Below are positions 1 to 10,737 of a DNA stretch of 64,000 bases, one piece after another. Positions within the stretch are counted from its first letter, which is position 1. Each line of letters starts with the position of its first letter. The notes beneath the pieces are model-generated. The model ran no database searches, was not told the DNA's origin, and saw only the letters and a program-made list of their open reading frames with translations. This DNA is from a virus (taxonomy: Duplodnaviria; Caudoviricetes), in the IMG/VR virus record IMGVR_UViG_3300035208_002804, positions 64,001 through 128,000 of that record, one strand, 5' to 3'. The position numbers and the translations under genes are program-made.

Positions 1-99
1 ATTAACTATTTTAGTGAAGATATAGATGAATATTTCGGTCAAAGAAGGTGTGGGTGGAATGGGCGAAATGGTAAACATGAAAATTGAAATAATCGTAAT

Positions 100-200
100 T
101 TAGGGTTAAAAATGTAAATGCTTCCCAGAGAGCGAAGCGAGCAAAACACCATAACAAAGAAAAGAAAAAGAGAGGATCCTTTCCTTGCTATCTGTGGCAC
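100..200 (-). ncRNA. Candidate structured ncRNA, family copy 1
   Basis: TTTAAATA box (222-229), GTGC start 21 nt downstream, stem AUAGCAAGG/CUUUGUUAU, GAAAGGATCCTC plus a pyrimidine tract shared with copy 3. The 3' end is approximate. Confidence 0.6.
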
Positions 201-249
201 TATATTTTATAGCATTACTATTATTTAAATATATCTGGTAAAAATGATT

Positions 250-936
250 TTAGTAAATGTAAGTTTCTGCTATTAAACTTCCAATTTGATCTTGAGTTAA
301 TGCTTTTGTAAATATTTGTAAATCTTTTATATTTCCTAAACTGTAGATTGAATTTAGTCCTCCTATGTTTAATGTCGATGCTATATCTGTTGCAACTTCT
401 GTAAATGCAACAGTAGTTGTTACTGTTTGACTGACGTTGTTAATATAGATTATACAGTCAGAACCCAATCTTTCTACTGTTATATAATACCAAGTTCCTG
501 CTACAGGTGTAAGTGGGCATGAATAACTAAATGTTGCTGTTCCTGATATCTTTCCAGTTAATGTGATTGTATTTCCTGTTGTCCATTGTAACATCCAGTA
601 ATTATTTGCATCTGCGTATTGACCAATGATCATTCTATTTGCAGCAATTGTCGTAAAGTTTATCCATCCGCATATAGTGAAATTATTTAAGAACATTGAC
701 CAAATTTCATGATCTGAAATGGTGATATAATTAGTAGACCCGTCAAATTTCCAGTAACTACGGCCATCCTTACTTTTAATGCTGGTAAACGTGCCAGATG
801 GAGTTACTGTTACACCATCGGGTAAGATTTGGAACCCATATTTATTTCCATCTTCGTCATATGTTCCTGATGCTGCAAATTGCCCAGGCCAATGCAATAT
901 ACAGTTATTTTGTTTTAGGGCTTCAATATTAATCAT
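250..936 (-). CDS. LamG/concanavalin A-like adhesin
   Basis: FDGSTNYI, FTICGWI, GTWYYITV, IGG and IKDLQIFTKALT motifs typical of Laminin_G_3; paralog of 1661..2410. Confidence 0.85.
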   Translation of the reverse strand: MINIEALKQNNCILHWPGQFAASGTYDEDGNKYGFQILPDGVTVTPSGTFTSIKSKDGRSYWKFDGSTNYITISDHEIWSMFLNNFTICGWINFTTIAANRMIIGQYADANNYWMLQWTTGNTITLTGKISGTATFSYSCPLTPVAGTWYYITVERLGSDCIIYINNVSQTVTTTVAFTEVATDIASTLNIGGLNSIYSLGNIKDLQIFTKALTQDQIGSLIAETYIY

Positions 937-1664
937 TCGACACCTCTAATTCCCGATATAATTGGATACAAAGTAGTCCCTGTAATTGGATGAGTTTTAA
1001 TTCGATACATTTTCATTTCTGGAATGGTAAGCATTCGTCCAATCCAAATTGCAATTGGTCCAAACATGCCATTAGTAAAACCGGAACTCGCAACACTTCC
1101 AAAATATAAATTTGTATTAGAAGCATACAATGCAATAGATGATGTCGCAGACATAGTTATATCAGATACACAATCCAAATAATATCCAAACGTCGAACCA
1201 TTTCTTGTAAATGTTAATAAATACCATGTATTTGCAGATAATGCGGTATTTGATGTTCCTTCAGATATCCAACTAGATCCACCACTTGATATATCTATAA
1301 TTACTTTGCCCAATGTTCCAAGATATATAGCCATGGGGGTAAGATAACCTCCGGTAAGTCTACCATCTAATAAATAATTGTTTGAAGATGTTGGATTTAC
1401 CAAATTTACCCACATGCAAATCGTATAATTGTTTGCGCCAAATAACATACTTGAAACGGCTGCATATGGCGTTGTAATATATTGTGAATTTGCAGCAACA
1501 AGTGTTAATGCAGATCGATTATTACCCAAATTTGTATACGTTGGAGATCCATATGCAGTTACTGATCTATTTACAATTATCTCGCTTGTATTACCATTTA
1601 GTGGCAAATAAAACACGCAGTTTGCAAACAGTTCTTGATAGTGTTTATACCATGTTACGGTCAT
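933..1664 (-). CDS. LamG/concanavalin A-like adhesin
   Basis: YTICMWV, NTWYLLTFTR and LYFG motifs; 4-nt overlaps with both neighbours. Confidence 0.8.
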   Translation of the reverse strand: MTVTWYKHYQELFANCVFYLPLNGNTSEIIVNRSVTAYGSPTYTNLGNNRSALTLVAANSQYITTPYAAVSSMLFGANNYTICMWVNLVNPTSSNNYLLDGRLTGGYLTPMAIYLGTLGKVIIDISSGGSSWISEGTSNTALSANTWYLLTFTRNGSTFGYYLDCVSDITMSATSSIALYASNTNLYFGSVASSGFTNGMFGPIAIWIGRMLTIPEMKMYRIKTHPITGTTLYPIISGIRGVE

Positions 1665-2410
1665 GAAAGTCTCCAGTAATCATAAGGACCGGGAATCAAA
1701 CCTTCACCCGTAACCGGATGAGTTCTGTTCATCAACAGTTTGATCTCTGGTAATGACAATGCACGAGTAAAGATCATGAGATCTTTGATATTACCATTGT
1801 GAAATGCTGTTAATGGCGATGTCATTCCAATTGTTAATGGGGCTGCATAATTAGGTATTGTTCCAAATGCAACAATAACGGTTGTAAAATTAAATACAGC
1901 ATTTATATAAATCAAACAATCGGTCCCAGATCTTACAACGGTAATATAATACCAAGTTCCGGTATTTGGTAAATCACCGCGAGTATATGACATTACAGCA
2001 GATTCATTATATCCCTTTATTATGTAATATTGTGCTAAATTGTCATATTTTATGTACCAGTAAACAGTGTCAGATACATATTGTCCAATATTTATACCTC
2101 TATCAGATATCGAATCAAACTTTACCCAAAATGACACAGTAAAATTACTGTTATGAAAACTCCATGCATCGTTATCAGATAACGAAATATAATTCGTTGA
2201 TCCATCAAAATTTAGCACACTTTTGTTATTACCTAAATCATCTTTTGTAAAGGTTCCATTGTTAGTAACAGTTACACCAGTAGGTATAATTGGAAACTCA
2301 TCAATATCACCAGATACACCAGCAGAATGTTGACCTGTAAACCAAAATATGCACGAATTAAATAGTGAGGGGAATTTTGAGGCTCCGTAAGAAGTTCCCA
2401 TTATTGGCAC
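1661..2410 (-). CDS. LamG/concanavalin A-like adhesin
   Basis: FDGSTNYI, FTVSFWVK, GTWYYITV and GNIKDLMIFTRALS motifs. Confidence 0.85.
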   Translation of the reverse strand: MPIMGTSYGASKFPSLFNSCIFWFTGQHSAGVSGDIDEFPIIPTGVTVTNNGTFTKDDLGNNKSVLNFDGSTNYISLSDNDAWSFHNSNFTVSFWVKFDSISDRGINIGQYVSDTVYWYIKYDNLAQYYIIKGYNESAVMSYTRGDLPNTGTWYYITVVRSGTDCLIYINAVFNFTTVIVAFGTIPNYAAPLTIGMTSPLTAFHNGNIKDLMIFTRALSLPEIKLLMNRTHPVTGEGLIPGPYDYWRLS

Positions 2411-2411
2411 C

Positions 2412-3830
2412 TCATGTGAAATTGACCTTTACTTGGACTAATAGATCGGCACTTCCGGTATCGGCTTGATTTACTCTGAAATGTAATACATCACCAGCAG
2501 CCAGTGAAGTTTGACCAGAGTCCAATGTTCCAGATGCTTGATAAATTCCATTTGTCGCTGAAGTTACTTCTGTTATCTGTATTGGAGTATCTGATGTGAA
2601 TATACTGTTAGTTTCAAGGATACCATTTTTCATAACCTGCACTTTGCAGTATGTTGAACTTGCACTTGGATTGCTTGATAACGCCATAATAGCAGTTGAA
2701 ATTGTACATGTTGCTGGTGCTACCCAATACATTAATGAAGTTTCATAAACAACACCTTCGAGTGATCTTTGGATAATTGTTGATGCAGTAGATGTAATGG
2801 TAGCAAATTCGAGTCCTGTTGCTTCAGAATTTACACGTAACTGTTGTAATGCAGTTCCCATTGGTAATCGTGATGCAGTATTAGATCCAGTTCCAACAAC
2901 AAGATCTCCAGCAGCATCCCAAATTGTATCGGTGGCAATACTACCTGCTGATAATCCGGCAACAAAATTGGCCTTTGTCATTTTACGATTTGCTGATGCG
3001 CTTGTATCGTAAATAGCAACATAATCGTCATCTGCTATAGATGTTTCAGTAGTTAATCCGGTGATGTTAAGAGATCCTGATATTGTAGCAAATTCTAATG
3101 CTGATTTATCAGAATTTAATCGCATTACCTGAAGTGCAGTGGCATTAGATACACTTGGCATTGCAAGTGATGCCCACAAAGTTGAATTTGCAGCAGTGTC
3201 ACTCGTTCCAAGTTTACCATCTAATGCACTTTGTAAATTAGTAATGGTAGAAATTGATTGTGTATGTGCTGCTGGTGTAAATGTAGATGGTTTATCACTG
3301 ACATTTGCCCATGATACATTTGCGGATGAATTTCCAATTTTATCCCAAGAACTTGCATCACGATAAACGAGCCAATCACCGGTTGCAAACGAAATTGAAC
3401 TTATAGTTCCTACACCAGATGAAACATAGTAATATCCCGTTGCAGCAGGAGATGGAGCGCCAGATGTGGGATCAAAAGATCCATGATAAGACACGGCTCC
3501 TGTAATTGAACTTGGTAATGCTGTTGCAAATACTTTACCACTTTCGTCAATGAAATCAACTGAAATTACATCATTAGTGATATCAATTCCATCACCAGAA
3601 GTATAATTAATTATTAGTGATATACCGACTGGCCATGCGGTTGATTTTGGACCGTATATTACGTGGTTTGTAGTATCGATGTAAAAATCACCATCAACTC
3701 CAATAGAATTACTTGGTGCCCCCGATCCATTTAACCAAGTTTTTCCATTTGTACCATTGATTCCTCCTTGAACCACGGGTATCCAAGATGCAGTTGATTC
3801 GTTATAAATATATTGCACATTTGTTGTCAT
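2412..3830 (-). CDS. Tail fibre protein
   Basis: WLNGSGAPSNSIGVDGDFYIDT and VSWANVSDKPSTFTPAAHTQSISTITNLQSALDGK fibre-type repeats; S/T/A-rich. Confidence 0.75.
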   Translation of the reverse strand: MTTNVQYIYNESTASWIPVVQGGINGTNGKTWLNGSGAPSNSIGVDGDFYIDTTNHVIYGPKSTAWPVGISLIINYTSGDGIDITNDVISVDFIDESGKVFATALPSSITGAVSYHGSFDPTSGAPSPAATGYYYVSSGVGTISSISFATGDWLVYRDASSWDKIGNSSANVSWANVSDKPSTFTPAAHTQSISTITNLQSALDGKLGTSDTAANSTLWASLAMPSVSNATALQVMRLNSDKSALEFATISGSLNITGLTTETSIADDDYVAIYDTSASANRKMTKANFVAGLSAGSIATDTIWDAAGDLVVGTGSNTASRLPMGTALQQLRVNSEATGLEFATITSTASTIIQRSLEGVVYETSLMYWVAPATCTISTAIMALSSNPSASSTYCKVQVMKNGILETNSIFTSDTPIQITEVTSATNGIYQASGTLDSGQTSLAAGDVLHFRVNQADTGSADLLVQVKVNFT

Positions 3831-3849
3831 TATATTTCACCTCCTTAAA

Positions 3850-4149
3850 TTATTCCGGTTCTCCCACGGTTTCGGTTATTGTTACTTTGCTTGCTTTCGC
3901 CCAATTCAGGATGTTATCTCCGGTATCGTAATTTGCATCAAGATACTTTTGAACTTCTTCGATTGTCTTATATGGTTCAGGCAATATCCATTCAATCCGC
4001 CTTTCATCGTATTGATAATCGGTATAGGGTATTCCCTCTTCAGTTGCTTTTTTTATTTCAGTGATACTCCATCTGACCAGTATTTCAGCGATTCCTTTTC
4101 TTACGCGGTCAACATGGATTAATTTTGGGTTTACGTTAGATTCTACCAT
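3850..4149 (-). CDS. Small protein, possible fibre assembly chaperone
   Basis: 99 aa directly downstream of the C-type-lectin fibre; function inferred from position only. Confidence 0.45.
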   Translation of the reverse strand: MVESNVNPKLIHVDRVRKGIAEILVRWSITEIKKATEEGIPYTDYQYDERRIEWILPEPYKTIEEVQKYLDANYDTGDNILNWAKASKVTITETVGEPE

Positions 4150-4155
4150 ACTATA

Positions 4156-5973
4156 TTACCCTATGAATTCGGCGCGCCCGCCGATAGCCGAAGTGGCAAT
4201 CTCCGGATCGTTATGCGCAATGCGATACCCGATCCCCGCAGAACCGCCATCCTTCCAATTGCCGCCCACCAGGAGGACACCGTTTCTCCCTAATCCTGCT
4301 GAATGCGAATAGTAGCGATCACAGAGATATGTACTACTCGATCCAGTCAGAACATTTGGCGTGAATGTTAGATTCAGAATGCCAGCAGTATCAAATGCCA
4401 GTCCTTGTACATACCCGTTACAGTATGCCCCAGCGTCGGTACCACTGATATTATCGACCCCATTCAGCGGAGCTGGTGATGTTACTGTTTCATAACTGCC
4501 AGATGCAAGATTTCCGGATATCGTCCCGGTTCCGTCTCGTTTCAGGATGTGATGTTCGGTATCTGTCGGATTATACCCTGGACAGAACTGATACAAGTTA
4601 CCCCAGATGTTTTCAATACCTCTCCATACTGCCGGGAGATAGGATCCTACAGTATCCCCATAACTCCCGTTTGCTGCAAGGAGGGATTGTACATCAACTC
4701 CGGCCCCTTCTCCGACCTGATCCAGATACATTCCATTAATCGAAGCAGCAGTATTTGATCCGTTTGTTCTTCCCTGCCCTAATTTAGACTGGGAATCAAA
4801 CGAAGCATATTCAACGTAAAACAGGAGTTGAAGCAGGTTCCAAGTCCAGAAATTCGTCAGCCCCCACCCAGTTCCAATGAGATTTCCTGCCGTTTCCATC
4901 TGCGCAACGGTCCCCGAGGTGAGTGATTTTACCCCGGATTTAGATGTTAGTTTCAACCCGGTCCAATTTGATGCAGCAATGGTATTAGTGACCCCGTTCG
5001 CGGCCGTAGTCCCCCCATTCGCCCCGGCAGTATACGCCCCGACATACATTTGATTTGCTGGATATGCCGAATGTCCCCGCTGCAAAAAATTGTAAAATAG
5101 TTCATATCCAACCTTTGGCACCGATGAAATTTTCCATCGAAATATCGGATTTAAGTTTTCAAATTTAACATACACCCGTGGAATATTAACCATTACGAGC
5201 CCGGAAGTTAGATCTAACCCCGTTCCTTTTGCATCAGATCCAAATGTTGGAACTCCTTCAGGGGTGAGAATGCACCGTTTTATGTTTTCATATATCGGAT
5301 GATTGTCAAATGCAGCGCCCGTCAACCCAATAATAGTGTCGTTATCTTCATCGATTCTGGTGAGAATAGGAGATGAATATGTTGAGTTCCATTCTATTCC
5401 TATACAATCCGGAATCAGAGCGCGTTTAATGTATATTCTAACCGCTTTCTGACTCGGGACTTTAGCATCTGAATTTGCCGTGAAAGTAGCATCGGTATCA
5501 AGGTATGATATCGGCATCTGCTGCACGTTATCTACGTTTGAAAGGCCCACATGCGTTTTTGTGACGGTATGGGGGTTGTTGGTTGACGATATATGAGATT
5601 GAATGTTTGGATTATATGGTTCTACAAGCGGATCTGCATTAGAATCTACCCATATATCTCCATTTTGTGGTGATAATGGTGGTTCTTCTGATATTGTTAC
5701 ATTAATAGATTGTCCATCTGGTCCCGTTGCACCAGTTGGTCCTGTTGGTCCCCTTACTACTGGAGTTCGATCAATCCATGAAGATGTCGCAAGATCATAC
5801 TGTTGAAGTAAAGTTCCAGCAGTGATATAAATATACAATTGATCAACGAGTTCGGATACATGACTTGCAAAATAAGCATCTCTTGCTGTTGTATCTGCAA
5901 ATACATGTGAATCTGCAACTGTTATAGATCCGGATGAACCGGCAGATCCAGATCCTTGTAATGGAAATGTCAT
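4156..5973 (-). CDS. Tail fibre/adhesin with C-terminal C-type-lectin (Mtd-like, DGR-target-type) domain
   Basis: Short collagen GPTGPTGATGPDG, NPHTVTKTHVGLSNVDN fibre motif, WRGIENIWGNLYQF and C-terminal GGNWKDGGSAG...IGGRAEF. Confidence 0.8.
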   Translation of the reverse strand: MTFPLQGSGSAGSSGSITVADSHVFADTTARDAYFASHVSELVDQLYIYITAGTLLQQYDLATSSWIDRTPVVRGPTGPTGATGPDGQSINVTISEEPPLSPQNGDIWVDSNADPLVEPYNPNIQSHISSTNNPHTVTKTHVGLSNVDNVQQMPISYLDTDATFTANSDAKVPSQKAVRIYIKRALIPDCIGIEWNSTYSSPILTRIDEDNDTIIGLTGAAFDNHPIYENIKRCILTPEGVPTFGSDAKGTGLDLTSGLVMVNIPRVYVKFENLNPIFRWKISSVPKVGYELFYNFLQRGHSAYPANQMYVGAYTAGANGGTTAANGVTNTIAASNWTGLKLTSKSGVKSLTSGTVAQMETAGNLIGTGWGLTNFWTWNLLQLLFYVEYASFDSQSKLGQGRTNGSNTAASINGMYLDQVGEGAGVDVQSLLAANGSYGDTVGSYLPAVWRGIENIWGNLYQFCPGYNPTDTEHHILKRDGTGTISGNLASGSYETVTSPAPLNGVDNISGTDAGAYCNGYVQGLAFDTAGILNLTFTPNVLTGSSSTYLCDRYYSHSAGLGRNGVLLVGGNWKDGGSAGIGYRIAHNDPEIATSAIGGRAEFIG

Positions 5974-5994
5974 AATTTAACCTCCTTTTTTAAA

Positions 5995-6390
5995 TTAAGG
6001 CATTTTACCGCCGTGATTTGTTACGGACAACCAGTTAATGGTAGTTGATGTCGAATATCTGAAGTTTAATTTATAACCTTCGATAAGAGTTATATTAACT
6101 GTTAATCCAGAATCCGCTGCTACGTCAGTTCCATTGAGAGTTTTTACTGTTACTTCGGTATCATTTGCATCTTTTATAACAAAATAAAACACACCAGCGG
6201 TAGCAAAACTTGCTTCTACCGTAACAGAACATCCTTTAGTGAAATTAAATTGATTTACAATAGTATTATCATCACCAATAGTAATATCAGTAGAAAGAAT
6301 ATCTGTGTCTGCTGTTATTGATGTATTGAATACAGTGAGATCATTGAGATAAACAGTATGAACATTAATATTCATTCCATTTGCTGCCAT
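5995..6390 (-). CDS. Hypothetical virion protein
   Basis: 131-aa beta-rich ORF in the tail module. Confidence 0.6.
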   Translation of the reverse strand: MAANGMNINVHTVYLNDLTVFNTSITADTDILSTDITIGDDNTIVNQFNFTKGCSVTVEASFATAGVFYFVIKDANDTEVTVKTLNGTDVAADSGLTVNITLIEGYKLNFRYSTSTTINWLSVTNHGGKMP

Positions 6391-6546
6391 TATATCTCAC
6401 TTCCATTGTTTGACTGATTGAATGAAGTCATAAATGATAATGAGAAGTTTACGTTATAAAAAGAGAAAGAAAATAGCAAGTAAAGAGAAGTGGAATTAAA
6501 AACTGATAAGACAGATTATATTTTTATTTTTACTCTCCTTCTCTCT

Positions 6547-8577
6547 CTACTCTCTGTTGAAGGAATCGTCGTAATGGGCATTTTCTTCCCATATTTTCAT
6601 TTTCATTTTTTGGAATCCAAGAGTAGACATTATTGGTGATATCACCGTTCTCTTGAGATAGTCAGTAACACTGGTGTAGATTGTTTCGCAGTATTCATTG
6701 ATGTTTTCATAGAATGATAGATTACAGTATTCGTCTAATCCGGGTGAACTTGGGAATTCTCCTTGTAAATGTCCTGAAATTTCAGTAAATATTTTTGCTT
6801 TATAGAATTTATCACCATATGTTGAAAATTCATTAAATACTTTTATTTCGAAAGTTGAATATAAATCAGTAACATTTAATTTTTCTTTGAATATTTTTGC
6901 TTCGTTATGAATTCGTATACAATCGTTGTATGTTATTGTTGAATATCCATAACTATTTGTGGTTGTTAATGTTACATCATAAACTCCAAGAGATGAATAT
7001 GCGTGTGATGGATTTAATGAGGTTGAAGTAGATGAATCTCCAAAATTCCATAAATATGTGCATCCTGTGGTTGGATACGATAAATTTGTAAATTGAACAG
7101 TATATGGAATATCATCAGTTATAACATTGAGAATTGCAGGTTTAAAGTTCGCAAGTGGGGCGTGTTCATAAACAATTGATGATATCGTAACGGTAGAAGT
7201 TATATATCCATTAAACTGCTGATTTGATGCATATAATGTGATTGTGTAAGTTCCAATTGCTACATATTTGTGAATTGGATTTTGCTCATATGAGTGTGTT
7301 CCATCTCCAAAAGTCCAATACCACTCATTGGGTGATCCGGTTGAAGTGTCAGTAAATGTGATTATGTTGTTGTTTTGTGATTTTGTGAATGATGCTGTAA
7401 GTGTTTGATTACTTACAATTACAGATGCATACTGTTCAAGAAATACAGATCCGTTATATCCACTTGCATAAATTTCAAATGTTCCAAATCTATCATAGGT
7501 ATGAGATATGGTAAATGATTCTTGTGATGCATTTGTATATGTTTCTCCATCACCATAATTAAGAGTGAAACCGGTAAGTATTGTTGGAAGAACCACATTT
7601 ATTGATGCTGTTAATGGAGTGTTTCCACTTGAAGGAGTAGTTGTTAGTAAAATGGTAGTTAAATTGATAATTTCTTCCGGGCCATATGTTGAATGTGTTG
7701 GTTCTATTGATGCATATAATCTTACCAGAACAAAATCTATGTAATCTATTTGCGTTGATTTCCCATTAAATTCAATATAATTGTTATTAGTAGAATCTGT
7801 ATTGCTTGATGATGAACAACTCCCCACATTCCCTATAGAATCAATTGAGGTCAAATAAACAGTAGTTCCTGATTTTCTTATTTCAGAAATATAATAATTG
7901 GTATCATTGTTTACATTTGGTATATCAGTATTTGTTAATGCAGTTCCTTGGTGAATTGTCATTAATTGAGCAGATGAACTGTAAAATTGGAATGTTGCCT
8001 GATACGTTCCATATGCATGACTATTTTTTGTATTATTAAAACCGAATAACACTTGATTATTAACTGATATTGATGATACTTTATGTTTTGCCCTAACAAC
8101 GTGTGTTGAAAGATCTATAGTATTTTGTGAATACAACCCATTTACATCTTCTTGTATTGATATTACACCTCCCGTTATTGCATAAGTAGTTGGTGTTGTC
8201 CAAAGTGTAGTGTTTAATGTTGGTGATGAAAAATCATCAAATAATACGAAGGTGTTTGTTCCACTGCTTTCGTTCACAGCACTTACATTTCCATAATAGA
8301 TAGAAACAGTTGTTGTATCAATAGTTGGAAATTTCACCCAAACGACCGCTGAAACACCAGATGTATAACTTTCAATCCAATATGGTAATGAAGTTACTCC
8401 ATCTACAGAAAAGCGAATATCACTAAAATCATCATTACAATGATTGTTACAATATATAGTAGCATCAACAGATGTTCCACTGGTTTTATAAACAGCGAAT
8501 TTAACTTGATAATTTGTAATTGTAGTAGCAGAAGTAATATTGTGTGTTTGTTTATATAACCAACTGGTAAACGCCAT
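6547..8577 (-). CDS. DUF2341 plus PKD-repeat adhesin
   Basis: DFSDIRF...LPYWIE...VWVK (DUF2341-like); three PKD-type repeats (YGDG, WYWTFGDG...NPIHKY, WNFGD...NPSHAY). Confidence 0.85.
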   Translation of the reverse strand: MAFTSWLYKQTHNITSATTITNYQVKFAVYKTSGTSVDATIYCNNHCNDDFSDIRFSVDGVTSLPYWIESYTSGVSAVVWVKFPTIDTTTVSIYYGNVSAVNESSGTNTFVLFDDFSSPTLNTTLWTTPTTYAITGGVISIQEDVNGLYSQNTIDLSTHVVRAKHKVSSISVNNQVLFGFNNTKNSHAYGTYQATFQFYSSSAQLMTIHQGTALTNTDIPNVNNDTNYYISEIRKSGTTVYLTSIDSIGNVGSCSSSSNTDSTNNNYIEFNGKSTQIDYIDFVLVRLYASIEPTHSTYGPEEIINLTTILLTTTPSSGNTPLTASINVVLPTILTGFTLNYGDGETYTNASQESFTISHTYDRFGTFEIYASGYNGSVFLEQYASVIVSNQTLTASFTKSQNNNIITFTDTSTGSPNEWYWTFGDGTHSYEQNPIHKYVAIGTYTITLYASNQQFNGYITSTVTISSIVYEHAPLANFKPAILNVITDDIPYTVQFTNLSYPTTGCTYLWNFGDSSTSTSLNPSHAYSSLGVYDVTLTTTNSYGYSTITYNDCIRIHNEAKIFKEKLNVTDLYSTFEIKVFNEFSTYGDKFYKAKIFTEISGHLQGEFPSSPGLDEYCNLSFYENINEYCETIYTSVTDYLKRTVISPIMSTLGFQKMKMKIWEENAHYDDSFNRE

Positions 8578-8635
8578 ACAAAATAATTATATATTTACAG
8601 TATAAAAAGAGGAAGTGTTATAATGAATGGTTTTA

Positions 8636-9415
8636 TTATACAGTGAACGTAAATTGTGTGTTTCCCCATCCATTGTTGTATGTATTAAGTGTTAAATCAC
8701 CAGTTTCTACATCAGTATCATCACATATATATTTGAGAGACACGTTTGTTATATTTAATGAAACTGATAGATAACTATTGTATGGATAATAATATGTATT
8801 TGCATATACAACCACACGAATACTATATGTTGATGGATCACCTGATAAAGTTCCGAATTCTGGTATCGTGCAATTTGTTATTGATCCAGTAACATTTATT
8901 TTACCAGTTTTATCTGGATCTTCTGTTCCCACAGTCCAGGTGTCGCCAAATGTAGATAATGATATTATTAAATTGCTTGCATAAGGATCTGCTGGATCGT
9001 ATTCAACAGTTATCTCATAGGATAAAGATATTTTAATAGCATTTTGATAATCATCCGGACCATAAACAACCGGTATTATAGTATCTGCTGAACTTCCTTT
9101 TGTTATACTATTTGAGTTACTATCTGATGTGTCAACATATCTATTTATTACAATATTTTCATCGTTATCAACAGTTTTTCTATCATATGTTAATTGTTTT
9201 GTTACTGTATCGATTGCAGTAATAGTAATATACCAACTGGACAAATCAAGCCACCCTGTACAATAAAGTGTTGTTCCTATCATTCCCCCATTTACTAAAT
9301 TTCGTATTTCAGCATCAGATAAAGTTGTTTGTATTTTGTCTACATCTATAATTGTTGCAATTAATGGATCTGTACAATTTTTTAGGTAATCAAACGGGTA
9401 TGTTGTTGTTATCAT
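8636..9415 (-). CDS. Hypothetical virion protein
   Basis: 259-aa T/D/Y-rich ORF in the tail module. Confidence 0.6.
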   Translation of the reverse strand: MITTTYPFDYLKNCTDPLIATIIDVDKIQTTLSDAEIRNLVNGGMIGTTLYCTGWLDLSSWYITITAIDTVTKQLTYDRKTVDNDENIVINRYVDTSDSNSNSITKGSSADTIIPVVYGPDDYQNAIKISLSYEITVEYDPADPYASNLIISLSTFGDTWTVGTEDPDKTGKINVTGSITNCTIPEFGTLSGDPSTYSIRVVVYANTYYYPYNSYLSVSLNITNVSLKYICDDTDVETGDLTLNTYNNGWGNTQFTFTV

Positions 9416-9436
9416 TATAATCTTTCCTTACAATTA

Positions 9437-10660
9437 CTAAAATGGAAATTCCCATGACGGTATTGCCCATACCGTATATCCATCCGTTTTAAAATATTCG
9501 TTAGATGCGTTATCAAACGCTCTGGCATATAAATTTCCATCGGGCCCTTCTTTAAATTGCATTATTTCTCGTCCATAATTACTCATCGGAATAAACTTAT
9601 AGGTTGGAATTATAATACCATTGTATTGAGACATAGCGTATGATGTTATATCTATTGTATTGCAATTTAGTGTATATTCTATTCCAATATTTGGAGATTG
9701 AAAAGATCTACCAACAATATAAGATTCTATTAAATTATCTATTCCATCATCATCTATATAATGAGTTTCAAGATTAACCGATTCACCAAATACAATATCT
9801 CCATTTGGATCAACGATTAAAAATCCAGTTATCGTATCTCCATGTATTTCATTGTTAGGAAATCCACTCCCATTTACGACGACCGTATATGCTTTGTATT
9901 TACCCCACGTTATCATCGACTGCATATAACTATTTATGGGAATATTGGTTAACCCAAATAGGAGTGAGTTGTTGTTATATTTATTATATCCATAATTAAG
10001 TGAAGTTACCGAAGTAGTAAAATAACTAAACGAATTCGGGGATCCTGGCAGTGGATTATATGGAATAAGCATACCGTTTCCATATATCCCATGTATATTA
10101 ATATAAAGTGAACTATCTGTAGTATTTATTGCATAAAATCTGTCTAATACATCACAGTTTAAACATCCACACGATTCGCATTTTTTACAACATCCAAGTT
10201 CAGTAGTTATAGAACCCCCTTTATTTTCTATGAACTTAAACGTGATTTCTGAAGCAGGATGAGGTAAAATTCCGCTTGTACAACTATTTATAAACACCCA
10301 ATCTGGTTCTATTTCAGATCCTTGATTAAACCATAATGATATTGGTAGTGTTGAACTTGCAACTTCTCCATAACTATCAATAAAAATATAATTTTTACCA
10401 CTGGCGCATTTTCTCACTTCAAAAACCGCATATGGTAATGTTGCACCTGATGCAATAAATAATAATGATAAATATCCATTATATTTATATCCACATTGTT
10501 TATAATGAACCGAATCGCCATAAACAACAGTTCCGGTATATATAGATGGACTTAAAGAAGAACTTCCAAGACAAACGGCAAATCTTTTAAGCCATATATT
10601 ACAATTTGAAGATAAGAATCCATAAATTCGTTGTTCGGTTCCTGTTACAATAGATGTCAT
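9437..10660 (-). CDS. Hypothetical virion protein with Cys cluster
   Basis: 407 aa; CCKKCESCGCLNC cluster; located in the tail module. Confidence 0.6.
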   Translation of the reverse strand: MTSIVTGTEQRIYGFLSSNCNIWLKRFAVCLGSSSLSPSIYTGTVVYGDSVHYKQCGYKYNGYLSLLFIASGATLPYAVFEVRKCASGKNYIFIDSYGEVASSTLPISLWFNQGSEIEPDWVFINSCTSGILPHPASEITFKFIENKGGSITTELGCCKKCESCGCLNCDVLDRFYAINTTDSSLYINIHGIYGNGMLIPYNPLPGSPNSFSYFTTSVTSLNYGYNKYNNNSLLFGLTNIPINSYMQSMITWGKYKAYTVVVNGSGFPNNEIHGDTITGFLIVDPNGDIVFGESVNLETHYIDDDGIDNLIESYIVGRSFQSPNIGIEYTLNCNTIDITSYAMSQYNGIIIPTYKFIPMSNYGREIMQFKEGPDGNLYARAFDNASNEYFKTDGYTVWAIPSWEFPF

Positions 10661-10737
10661 TTGTTATAAAATAGGTTAGTAAAGTATTTAATTGTGGTGT
10701 TATAAAGATGTTTGTTTTTATATCAATATTAGATGAT

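Noticed and set aside
41-200. A 53-codon GTG-initiated ORF over ncRNA copy 1 (family as small peptides)
   Set aside because: The equivalent frames in copies 2, 3 and 5 stop after 8, 19 and 13 codons, so the frame is not conserved while the base pairing is.
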